DNA from: Pelomyxa schiedti
Lineage: Eukaryota; Protista; Evosea
Direction of reading: 5' to 3'
Length of the DNA stretch: 61,705 nt
Assembly: GCA_020536535.1 (NCBI GenBank)
Contig: JAHLWZ010000099.1
Location: 1-61,705, forward strand
Shown: in pieces, positions 37,132-49,200 of the stretch
How positions within the stretch are numbered: position 1 is the first letter of the stretch
Layout: each line of letters starts with the position of its first letter
Position numbers and translations under genes: made by a program
Notes under the pieces: model-generated
The model's input: only the letters and a program-made list of their open reading frames with translations
Told to the model about the DNA's origin: nothing
The model's database searches: none

Positions 37132-40100
37132 TTACCGTTTTTCCTTGATCCAGAACCGGAGGAGGAGGTAGCCCAAGATGATAAAGGCACCGGCCATTGC
37201 GGCGAGGAGCTCAATGTCAAGCATCATATTGTCGGTGTTGAGGCCCATGTTGACTAGAAGTTCGGCCCCGTTTATTGCGGTGTTGTCATACCCACTTGGG
37301 TTGAAGTTGACCCACAAACCATCAAACTCACTCACACTGAGAGCTTCGAACCTGGGATATCACTTTAGTATTTCAGGTGGATTTTAAGTATACACACGCG
37401 TAGTTTATGAAGGAAATGTAGGTGAGATAGTATATGCCCGTGGGCATGGCGGACTTCTCAATCAAGAAACCACCAAATAGCAAAGAGTAGAAGAGAATGA
37501 GTATCATAAAGAGATTGCCCATGGCAACGGATGGAGTTACACAGCTAATGCACAGACAAAGGGTTGAAGAAACAACACTGGCATCAGGGTAAGATTTCAT
37601 TTCACCAGGAGAGGAGAACAACCTTACAAGAACCATAACCAAATTGAAGTAAATAAAATGGTCAACAGTGTCAAGCCTTAGGCCCATCATATAGTACGTA
37701 ATGCAGGATAATATAAGCGGTGGTATCACTCTTTGTGGCAGCAGATCACAAAAAGTCTATTTTCTTTTAGTTTGACATCTCATTATGAAATGATTTACTT
37801 TTGCGAAAAAATATGCACTGGGCCGGTAATAACCATTAGCTCTCTCGCGGAGGTAAATGATCCGTTCACTAAAAACTTTAGAAGCAATTAGGTTCCGGTA
37901 AAAATTCACAGAGGAGCTTACAGAGGTCAATTGACGTTATACTTCCAAATGAAATTAAGGTAATGAGAAAGAATATAACGCCGAATCTGTCTTGAATGCC
38001 ACCATGTTGCAGGTCATTGCTCATTTGCCAATACAGGATGCCAATGATGAGGCCCACCAGAGTATATAGGAGGTACTGTTGAACTGTGAGACTAGCACAT
38101 TAGGTCCAGGGGCACACAGTAAATCTGAGGAGAAACTGGTTTCTCAGGATATGCAGAGAAGTTCGTTTACAGAGATGACAGAATTGTGTCCAAAAAGACG
38201 TACTGTACGCTGGAATTTTCCTTTGATATCTTTTTGGGATATCTAGGTGCATAGAAAGTGGTATGGGAAAAATACAGGTCACCAGCTTCTGAAGCATTTA
38301 CACTATGTGTATCCTTGGGGATTTCTGCTGGCGGGAGCTTGGCTGTAATCTGTCAAGGATCAATAGAGTGCATGCATAGCATTGGGAAGCTTACAAGATC
38401 TTTCTTGGCACAAATCTGTTTCACTGTGGCTATGTTCTATGTGGATGAGAAGAGACAGAAGGAAGGGAATGGAACCTTGACGGTATCAATAACGAAATCA
38501 GCTGGATTATAATGAGCGGGACAAGGAAATCCGGCTTCAGAAAAGAAGTCAACAGCTGTCTGGGCTGGGCCAAAGAACACCATTTCCCCGTGAGCTAAAA
38601 CCATAGCATTGTCAAATAGATGGTAAATGTTTGACCTTGGCTTAGAGATGTGAGTAGAAAATGATATTAAAAACTGTACCTGGTGGATAGACATAACGAC
38701 AGTTCTTTGCTTAGCACGGGCAATCTTTACAAGGGTTTGAATTAAAGAAAATGCAGTGGAACTGTCCAATCCGCTGGTAGGCTTCCCAGTCATACAAATT
38801 ACAAAAAGCATGTGATTATTGTTGAACATACCTCATCTAAAAACAGAATCGCTTTTTAAAGTGTAGGCCAGGAAAGTTAGTGAGGCATAAGGGGAAAGGT
38901 GTTGCTACCTACCTGGGGCAATCATGAGTTCGGTGGCTATATTGAGTCGTTTTCTTTCTCCACCAGATATCCCACGTGTTGTTGAAGTTCCAATGAAGGA
39001 ATCAGCAACATCTAGCAATTCAAGTTCCTGGAGTACTTCTTCCACCTAAAACTAGTAAGCAAATGCATTAAGAATTGAGAGAACCCGCTGCTGTTTCGTT
39101 TTTGCTGGTGTGGAGAGTTTGGGATGTCTTTCATAAATAGCAACTTGTTTTGGTGGTTGGTATTGCTGAAAATCTCTTGTAAATAGCTGCTCTACACCCA
39201 AATGGTAGCATTGGATCAGCANNNNNNNNNNNNNNNNNNNNNNNNNNNNNNNNNNNNNNNNNNNNNNNNNNNNNNNNNNNNNNNNNNNNNNNNNNNNNNN
39301 NNNNNNNNNNNNNNNNNNNNNCTCTTGGTTTACCATTCACAAGGACTTCCCCCGATACTGTTCCAGTATTTTTGCGACCCGAAAGTATGTCAAGTAGTGT
39401 AGTTTTTCCAGATCCTGTCAAGTGAGATGAGAACAAAGCGGGTTCTCTCAATTCTTAATGCAATTGCTTACTAGTTTTAGGTGTTGCTACCTACCTGGGG
39501 CAATCATGAGTTCGGTGGCTATATTGAGTCGTTTTCTTTCTCCACCAGATATTCCACGTGTTGTTGAAGTTCCAATGAAGGAATCAGCAACATCTAGCAA
39601 TTCAAGTTCCTGGAGTACTTCTTCCACCTAAAACTAGTAAGCAATTGCATTAAGAATTGAGAGAACCCGCTGCTGTTTCGTTTTTGCGGCAAGTTGGGCA
39701 GGAAGTCTTAAAGAAGCGGCAAAGTTTAAGTGTTCACGGCAAGTCAGTGTGCCTAACATAACATCATCCTGAGACACATATCTTGACTACTTAGACCTGG
39801 ATGTGCTGGAAAATTGAACTTACCCTGACACTCGGCGGAAATCTTTCCCTCTTGGTTTACCATTCACAAGGACTTCCCCCGATACTGTTCCAGTATTTTT
39901 GCGACCCGAAAGTATGTCAAGTAGTGTAGTTTTTCCAGATCCTGTCAAGTGAGATGAGAACAAAGCGGGGGGCGGGGGTGCGGTTTACCTGATGCACCAA
40001 GTATGGCCAGTACTTGACCAGGGAAACATTCCCCAGTGACACCTCGTAGAATAGTGCGTTGCACAAAGCGTACTCCTCCGCGATCCATCGTGGCCTGAGG

Positions 40101-41725
40101 ATTTGGAATTTAAAAAACCCCATACTGGATACGTACCCGAATTGGTATTGAACAGCAAACATTGTTGAAGCTGAGAGCTGCCGGGAACTTATCTAAGGCG
40201 GTAAAAGAAACAGTACCTACAATTACCCGTATTAGTGTTAAAAAAAAAAAAAAAGAAAAACTGGTATGACAGGCTCCATACGCATAATATATTGATGTTC
40301 AACTGCAAGCAAGGCAGCAACAATAGCAGAGAAAGCAACAAATCCAACTGCAGGGATGAGGAGCTAATAGAAAATGGTGAAAGCACACTAAATGTTCCAA
40401 TCATAATAATCTCATCTCGAGAGAGTGTATTTGGTATGGGAGGTACAGGCTCAAAGGCAATGTCATTACACTCGCCAGCTAAACAAACAAGTTCCACTGC
40501 ACCAATCAAGTCCTCCAAGGAATCCTCTTTTGTAATAAGAACAGAGGGGTGCAGGGTAACATACGAACGAATGTGCAATTCATCAACTCATCACAGGAAA
40601 ATACTGATGTTCCAGTGGCACTTTTAATAGCATTGAATACTTCAGAAATTGAGATGGAGTACTATCCAAGATAAATCTACCCAAGGTATTGCAGTAATCA
40701 GTTGGTGTGCACTTTGTGCCTGTACATGTGATTGTTTGCTCCATCTTTGTAGAAGTTCTCTTGTAACAGCCTGTAAGGATACACTCAAATAATAAAGGAG
40801 GTCCCGTACTCTCCACATTAACTTTCATAGAGTAAGAGATGCCAAAGTGTTGTGATTAAGAAAAAGAAATACGCACAACTAACGGTGCAGTTCCCGCCAT
40901 CGTTATCACAACCATCATTATAGGAATGGCCTGGAAATTCGCATACAAAACCGGTGGAGCCATCACCCCCAAGCAAATTTTGTAACTCTTCCGCTAGGAA
41001 CGGGTTAGAGGTTTTAAATTTTGTTTTTGAAGTATGCACATGTAACATTACAGCTGAAGTACTTTTTCATATCAACGAAGATTGAGCGGTCACATTCTAC
41101 ATCCTTTGATGCGTCAAACATGTCATTGGGCTCAAGACACGAATTCGTATTTTGGCACACTGAATCAAAATTTAGGAAATAAATGAAGTTGTAAGATCTA
41201 CCTGAGCAATCAATGCCAAGCCACAATTCAGGACAGATGCAATATCTTTCATAGTCCGAAGCTTGTATTAGTGGGATTGTAGCTTGGTCTGCGCCTCTGC
41301 CTTCCGTAGAGTGCAGAACAGCTTCGATATTACCACCCCAAGAGCCCCCATGGCAATCAATATAGTCCCAGTCATCATCTTTGTTGTACTCTGCCAATAT
41401 TCAGTGTGTAAAAGAAAAAAAATAGAAGGAAAACAGGGAACCTACCACCGTAGCAATCTGGGGGCTGAAAACAAACACTCTCCCCGATACAGAGGCACTG
41501 GCACTTGCCGCTAGTTTCCCAGCAGTACCCGTGGGGCTGGTTGCAATTGTCCGGGCAGTTTACAGTAACATTGGTCGCCGCACCAACAGTACCCTCCGGC
41601 GTCAGGGTTTCCTTTCCATTCGCGTGGCTCCACGCGACAACAACTAATACGACCAGAAGTGACTTGGAAAAACAGCTGTTACCACCGCATAAAGATCCCA
41701 CAAGATCCGACAACCGCACTCTCAT
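37132..41725 (-). CDS. ABCG half transporter with N-terminal Cys-rich/EGF-like ectodomain (ADP1-like); assembly disrupted at 38.9-39.7 kb
   Basis: Signal peptide, EGF-like Cys patterns, Walker A 'GPSGSGKTT', 'YVSQDD', 'ISGGERKR', 'LFLDEPTSGLD', 'SIHQPR', 'NPADF', then an ABC2 membrane domain. Confidence 0.92.
38897..39970. repeat. Local direct and inverted duplications around the gap (probable chimera/assembly artefact)
   Basis: 38897-39105 is nearly identical to 39479-39687; 39322-39442 matches about 39850-39970; about 39437-39483 is an inverted copy of about 39625-39671. Confidence 0.9.
39222..39321. other. Assembly gap (100 N)
   Basis: Run of Ns. Confidence 1.
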
Positions 41726-41846
41726 CACCGCACGTTTTTCTTTGTTTTCGTCTTTTTTGTCGGTTTGTTTGCAGATTCAAAAAAAAAAAGGCCATAACGA
41801 GAACGCGTTGTCGTTAAGTCACGGTGGCGAGAACAGGGGATTGGTG

Positions 41847-42902
41847 TCAAGATGAAGTCAACCAACGGTACGCAAGTTTGGGGTACCGCCACTGATTGAG
41901 AATCTGACAATAAGCACCATCACTGTACATGCTCAGAATGGGACAGACAGTGAGCGCGGTCTCAGGAAGACTAATCGGGGGCTCAGTTGCCTCCTTCCCG
42001 CCAACTGCGAAATGCAACTGCATGACGTCAGAGTCCAGCATGGCCGAAATTATCTGACCAGAGGGCTTGAGGGTCAGACTCGCGAGGCGCGGCGTACGTG
42101 GCGTCACAGGCCCACTTCCGCCAAATCCCCAAGAACTAGGCCAGTTGAAGTACCATAATTCCCTCATTGCAGCGTCGAAATACAACCCATAAGCGTGGCA
42201 AGTGTCGCTCTGGTCCTCTGCGACAGCCAGCACGCTGTTGGCGTTGCCGTCTCTGTTGGACCTCACGTTGGCCCGGGTTACGTCCGATACCGCGACGATC
42301 ATGTCGCCCCACGAGGGGTTGGTCCAGCCCAGGCCGATCTCCCAGTAGTATCTCCCCGTGCCCCGTCGTATGACCCTCGTGGACGTGGTACGGCGCCAGC
42401 CCATGGTCAGGTCCTGGACGACCTCGCTGCCGGGAGCCGGGGGCCCCAGCGACGAGATCGGGGTGCCTGCGAGGGCGTGCCAGTCAATTGTGGGAGGGAT
42501 GGCAGAGAGGTCGACTACGTGACCCCTCTCCTCCCAGCCCCGTGGCCCGGTGCACAACATGAGCGTGTTCGAGCACAGGAGCGTGGCTCCCATCGTGGCC
42601 CCAGGGTCCATCTTCACGGCCATCCTGGACAACTTGCGCCGCTTCAGCATCGCCAGCCACAAATGGCGCGGGCGCCGCGCCCCTTCCGCCTGCATTATGG
42701 GTGCGTCGTCGCCCAGGTCCATCCCCTCCGACGCCAGCCGCTGGGCACACGCGTAGTAAAGCATGTCGGATGACCGTAGTGCCCTGCAGCATCCGGCCAG
42801 CGCTAGAATTCCACGAACTTTCGCGTGCTTCTCCACCACCAAGGAAACTATCGTCCCTAAATCGCCGCTTTCGTGCATGCGACACAGTGCGTCTTGTCCC
42901 AT
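41847..42902 (-). CDS. Intronless B30.2/SPRY-domain protein with possible degenerate F-box-like N-terminus
   Basis: 'GRYYWEI', 'MIVAV', 'AYGLY', 'IISAMLD..LHFAVGG', 'VCPILSMY'. N-terminal 'ILALAGCCRALR' resembles an F-box end. ATG at 42902 follows an A/T tract. Confidence 0.75.
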   Translation of the reverse strand: MGQDALCRMHESGDLGTIVSLVVEKHAKVRGILALAGCCRALRSSDMLYYACAQRLASEGMDLGDDAPIMQAEGARRPRHLWLAMLKRRKLSRMAVKMDPGATMGATLLCSNTLMLCTGPRGWEERGHVVDLSAIPPTIDWHALAGTPISSLGPPAPGSEVVQDLTMGWRRTTSTRVIRRGTGRYYWEIGLGWTNPSWGDMIVAVSDVTRANVRSNRDGNANSVLAVAEDQSDTCHAYGLYFDAAMRELWYFNWPSSWGFGGSGPVTPRTPRLASLTLKPSGQIISAMLDSDVMQLHFAVGGKEATEPPISLPETALTVCPILSMYSDGAYCQILNQWRYPKLAYRWLTSS

Positions 42903-43210
42903 TCGTGTTACTTCTTTTTTTTTTAAAAAAAAAAAAAATAAGATAAAAGGGTGCAGGTGCAGGGATGAAGGGGGTGTAGTGTATCCTGCAGGACTACGAA
43001 CCGATTGGACTAGGATAAGGGATTCCCTTAATTCTCGGTATCGTCTGTGTTGTGTGTGATTCGTTCTTGGTGATGGTGACGTAAGTGCTATTGTGTGATA
43101 GAGTCCGATTCCGGGTTGGGGTGACCTCAACTTGGGTGGGTGAGAAAATGTGAAAAACCGGAACTAGGGGAAGATGTTTATTTTACCAGCATTTTTGCAC
43201 AAAGAAGAAT

Positions 43211-46200
43211 TTAGTGGGATTGCATATCATACAGAATATCCAAAATTTCAGAAAAACTTGGTCTCATTGCGGGGTCTGGAAAGGGTGTGGGGCTCAGTTG
43301 GGAACACCCTTATTCCTATTTACCTGGACTCCAGCACATTTCTACAAGTCTACGGAATGGGTCGGGAGTGTCGGCGGGTATTGGGGGTCTTCGGCCCTCA
43401 ACCACAGCATCTGCGATTTCACTGAGAAATTTCATTTCCCCAAAGTAGTCGCTCCTCGATGAGAGCTCCCAGCATATCTCGATTTTTTGGAAGTTAAATC
43501 GTGTGGGAAAGAAGCTGGACGACGCACAACTCCAAAGGCATAGACATCGCACTTGAGGGTGAATTTCTCCCCCTTGAGTACTTCAGGTGCCACCCAAACT
43601 TAGAAGAAGTCAATACAGAATCATAACGTGGCAAATCAACCTGGATTCTCTGCAGCAATGGTGTTGAGTGAGAATTCACCACTCAAACCAAAGTCACATA
43701 AAACTGCAGTAAGTCCATTGGTAGTTTTTAGTAATACCTTGAATAACGTAAGAGAGGATATTGTGGAATCACACAACATTTGGACTTTTCAAATCCCTTT
43801 ATTTGATGAGCACATTTTTACACTCTTGGGATGAAGTTACCTGTGGATAATAGGCGGATGATTACAATGCAATGCTGCCATGGCTCTTGCTATGTCGGTT
43901 GCGAATCCTAACTTGCATTCCCATGAGACCTCCTTAGAGGTATTGTGAAGATAGGAGTATAGATTTCCTCCGTCCATAAATGCAGTAACCAGACACAGGG
44001 GCTGAGTTACAAGTCCCACAAGGTGTAGTATATTTGGGTGCTCGAAGACACTGAAACTAAATAAGCTAACCAGATTTCCCAGTGGCGGTTATACCTCATA
44101 ACTTGAATTTCTCTTCGGCACTCTACAACCTTACAAGAAAGATCATATGCTGGTGGGTGGCCAGCAAGACACCCAATTCCTTCTTTCTCTAACTTGAAAA
44201 GTTTGGCAGCAACAATTTCACCTTTGTACAGTGCCTGTAAACAAGTAAGCATGCAACAGGAATAGGAAGCAAAATACAACTTGATAGACCGTTGCTACAG
44301 CTCCTTCCCCAATGACTCCCTTTACTTCTATTTGGTCCCACTGTATATTTACGGTGTTCATCTTCCAGGTGTCAGTTCAAGTCAGTATGGGGGGTTTGTC
44401 GTACTTTTTGCAGCTGGTACATAACCCTATCTGGAACTATACTCACGACAGGTACCATTGAATTTTCTGTGGCGCACAAAATTTCTTGTGTGCCGTCACT
44501 TACAGCCTGCTCACAGACATCGAAAGGGAAGAGGAAAAAGTTTGTTCGGCTTGATTTAACACATTGTGGGCATATGGCTGAGGCGGCTACATTTACCTGA
44601 AACAGTGGGTCAATGAATAACGCAATTGCAAAAGAAGACCTTGAACCAATTGCTTATTTCCGTTCCCAATGTTTCCAGTATTTCTTGCAGTATGGGACCA
44701 ACTTTCATGATTTCCCCTGTTCTCCCCTCGGTATTAAACCGTAGTCTGATGGTGATGGTATTTTGCTAAAAACCAGATCAAACGAAGCACACAAAAGTCA
44801 CTAGGGTACCTCAATGTCCTGCTGGACAAGGTATTTCACAGCTGGGTCTGGTGGGTCTTTAGTGCATTCAAGTACAAATCCGTTTCTCCTACAAAAGTAA
44901 GACTAACTGTAACTTGAAATTAGACCACAAACCATATTAATAGAAATTTGTGCTGTGCTGACACAGCAACAATAAACCGAGAAAAGAGACCATCAGGGAT
45001 ATACTGAAACTGATATTGCCGTCCAATTTCTGTGTCACCAGATTTGTGGGAGGTAGGCCACAACTAGAAATATGAACAATGAATAGTATCAAACAAAAAT
45101 TTACAGTGTCCAAAGCAGGAGGAGTTTCCATTGGAAGAAGCGAAGGAAGCAGTACCAGTGCGTCTTGGTCAATGGGTGCAAGTGGGACAATTGGTTCTAG
45201 TGGTTGTTCCAGCAGAACCTAGTTTCATTAATCAAAGATGTGAGTAGTTTTCAACCTCATCTTGGGTAGTTTCCATGGCTCGTAGGCTTATGGTACTTGC
45301 ACGAGACAGAACATCACGGATGGAAATTGGTGAGGGAACATCGGGTGGGGTCAGTGGGATAACAGGACTTGAGGGAGCTGATATTGATGATGAGGTTGGT
45401 ATAGGAACGAACATTAGGGATGACGCAGGAGGTATGTCCATTGAATCACTCTGAGGAAAAGGAGGAAAAGTTATACATTGATTTTAATTACTTTTTGGAT
45501 GAACCAATTTGGGAGATGGTGTCTTGCGTCCCGACCTCTGAGTAGACGTGTCCGCCCTCTCCCTTCCGTTTGGTGGGACAACCAAGCTGGTGGTTGGAAG
45601 TTGTAGGAGGTGCTTTGACGCACTAGTGATAATTGTCGCAACGTTGAAAATGGAGAAGAGATGGAGCACGGTGGAATGAAGAGGTTGTGGAATTGTGGGT
45701 GCTTTCCAAATGTGTGTTAAATCAGCAACTCTTAACAAAGGTTACAGAGGTTATATAGTTACAGGTCATACCTAAGAAATCCATCACGCACCCACCTATG
45801 CTTCTCAGTAATGACAGTCGACATAATCTAGTACATAGATTAGCAAGGGTTGTTGGGGAAAAGCAATTGCCTTCGGAAGCCAGCCAGGATCAGTAATGAT
45901 AAAATCCCGTAAAAGAGGGTGCTTAGGGAACCTTATTATCATCCCGAAATCTGAAAAGAGTTGAGTAGCTTTTTCGAGCATCGAGCTATTGTGTATGAAA
46001 CAACACTTGGCAGTAAATTCCCAATCCTGTGCTGAGTGAGTTTATTAAGTGGCATCGCTCAACCTTAAGTTTGATGATGGGTGGTATTCCCCGCCAAATC
46101 TTTATTTGACTCTCCAGCAAAGAGAAGGTAGCAGGATATTGCCCACCCATATGAGGTTGATTTACCAGAGCATCTTGCATCTTCTTTCGAAGTTGTGACA

Positions 46201-49200
46201 ATCCCTCCTTGCTTGTATTGCTTACACAGCGGAAATGAAGCTGCAGATTGGGGAACAACTCTGAACTGTGTCAGTCCTTTGATTTAGAAAAAATATTGTA
46301 TACTCTCGTATTTCTTTTTCATTGCATCAAGCTGTCTATCAGAAAAATCTTCACTATCCAAATGAGTTCCTACAACAAACACAACCGCCTGTGGTTTTTT
46401 TTTTAAAAAAAAGCAATGAAAAGAAGGTAAGACACATTTTTGGCAGAAGTGGAAATATTCTCAAGCCAATAGTGAACCCTGCAAGCACTGTCACCAAGAG
46501 GTATTTTCCAAACAAGCACATAAAGAGCCCGATCAGAGAGGAAAAACTGATGAGTATTGGTGTGTATAACTGCATGTAATGTCAAAAAAAGGAAACCTAA
46601 ACTAATACTCAACTTTGACCAGCGAAATCCCAGACGGAAACAGAGATGTTTTGTGATGCATCATCCTTTTTATAGGTAAAATTCCACTGAGATATGTCGA
46701 CACCATCTTGAAGGTGTGAGTGAAGGTTAGAAGCTGAGATATCTCAAACAAACCCGTTGAAAAGCTTTTGAGGTTATCTGCATGTCGTTTTGAGGTCTTA
46801 AGTAGACATTGCATTAAAACAGTTTTTCCAACATTTTCTCTCCCCAGCTGGGGCAATTTGCCTTAAAAAGAAAAAATCCAGGAAACTGGGACTTACAACG
46901 ATGACTTTGGCTCTATAAAGGGGCAGTTGGCGTTTCAACAGGTCTCGGAGATACCCCAATTTTTCACCTGCCGTTCTCAGCTCAATTGGAAACAAGGTTT
47001 CATCATGAATAAAATGTCCTAGCCTTCAGAATGTAAACAGCAATAGAAAGAATTCAGATCATACTGCAATCGAGTAAGCAGGCCAAGAGTGGGTGGTAGA
47101 GATTTAAGTGGATTCTTTTCAATGGAGAGCTTTTGTAAGGTTATGACTGAGCCAAGAGCGGGGGATAGCTCCTTGATCTTATTCTCGGAGACATCTAACT
47201 CCATCAGTGACGGCATCAAGGCAATGCGTAGAGGAAGTGCATCAATTTGATTATGGTGTAACTTCAGGACTTCCAACTTGGATAAAAGGTGAAATTTGGA
47301 GTGAAATCTCAGATTGTTGTCACTCAAGTCAAGAATTCGTAAAGTGGAAGCCCATGACTCGACAACGGTATCGCAAATATCACTGAGTTCATTGGAGGTT
47401 GCATAAAGTTCTTCAAGACTTGATAGTTCCGAAAAACCTGACAAAAAAAAAAAATTAAACTGGGTGTTTGAAAAATAGCATACCGCTCGGTAGTTCATGG
47501 GTATCAAACAATGCCTTGGACACTTTCAAGACCTTCAGACTTCGAAGCCCAGTCAAGAAGTTAAACGGACTAGTGTCAACCTTGTTATACTCAATCAAAA
47601 TTGGAAGTTTTACCTTAAGAGTTTATTTTGGCTAAGATTCAGTTCTGTAAGAGATGTTATAGTGCTCAAATTGGATGGAACCAAGCTGATGTTGTTGTTG
47701 GACAGGTCAAGAGATCTCAGTTTGCATTTCTGTGATAGTAGCACAACTTGTATGGAAGTTATATTATGAACATTATTGCCAGACAGTTGTAATTTTTCCA
47801 GTCCACTACACTATGAGAACTAATGTCAATTTGTGGCAAGACACTTGAGTGGATGTAAGTGAAAGAAAAGAATAGCACAGTATAGAGGTGTGGATTGATT
47901 TTAAAAGCGGAAATACTTGATAGGCACAAGGAGGGATGGAAGCCAAGTTATTTGAATCCAGGATGAGTTCAGAAATTCCCGCCTAATGAGGTGATCTATT
48001 GTTTTATTATATACAATGAAAAGTACCCATGCATGCACTGGCAATGGAATGGGAGGGAAGAAGAAAAGCTGGAGGCAAGACACATCAAGTACGGGTGACG
48101 GGCACTCAAACCAGTGGAGTAATTTCTCTTTTGTATTGATTTGGTGTCGCCAAGGAATAAAAACTGTGAATCGTTTCATCTCAGGGTGGGTTTGAGTATT
48201 TACTCACATTCACACCAGAAATGTGGAGTAAAAGCCTTGAAGTCTTCAGGGCTCAAAGTTAATACTTCGTTATAGCCAGGGTCAAATATTGGATTTTTGA
48301 AGACTTCTTTATTTCTTTGAATATGATCCCACAAGGAAGGAGTGGAACTCAACAACCTGAAGGAAAGTTAGGTGACTTGAACAAGAATCCTTCTGTTTCT
48401 GTACGTAATGTGGTCATCCACATTATCATGGCCCACTTCAAAATCTCCAAAACGAGATGATGAGAGTTGAACAGTCAAAAATTTCATTAAGCAATCTGAG
48501 AACTCGAAGGCAGTAGGAAAGACATTCCATAATTTCCAAAGGGAATCCATAAACTGAATGAATGCCAATGGAACGTAATCATCTGAAGCCGAAGTGGTGC
48601 CGGAAAACGATGTTTCTGAATCCCATGTAAACTGATATCCATAGTGAACCCACTCCTTCTCTATAAGGACATGCAGCCCCCTTATTGTACGATAGAATGG
48701 ATCATGAAGTATGCAAACGAGAGAAGAAATAATAGACATGTTTCCATCCTCTTCCGTCTGGAAAAGTATAAGCGGATTTATGGTTGGATAAGCTACTTGA
48801 AAGTCAAGGAAGATATTTTCTTTGGCTTGCAGAAACGTTGAAATTGTAACAGACCCCAACAATAAGCCGTGAATATTTTTATCCCAAGAAGATTGATTAC
48901 TGTTCCACTGTCTATTCCAGTCAGTCGAATTGCTTTGTTGTGTATGCCTATGGTTTTACTTACAAATGTATTTCAAAACAGTTGACGGTTTGCATACAGT
49001 TGGTGCATGGAAAAGAAAATTTTTGCCATTGATGATGTTGTTTCTAGGCGAAGGGTGACAACATTTTGCGATTGGGGATGTGGTCGCTCCTGTGTGAAGC
49101 TGAGTACAATGGTCCTAAGTGAAGACGACCTAATGAATTCAGCCAGCTTGGCAGTGAAGAGCTTGGCTTTAATATCTTGTTGAATGAGTCAGTTGTGAGG

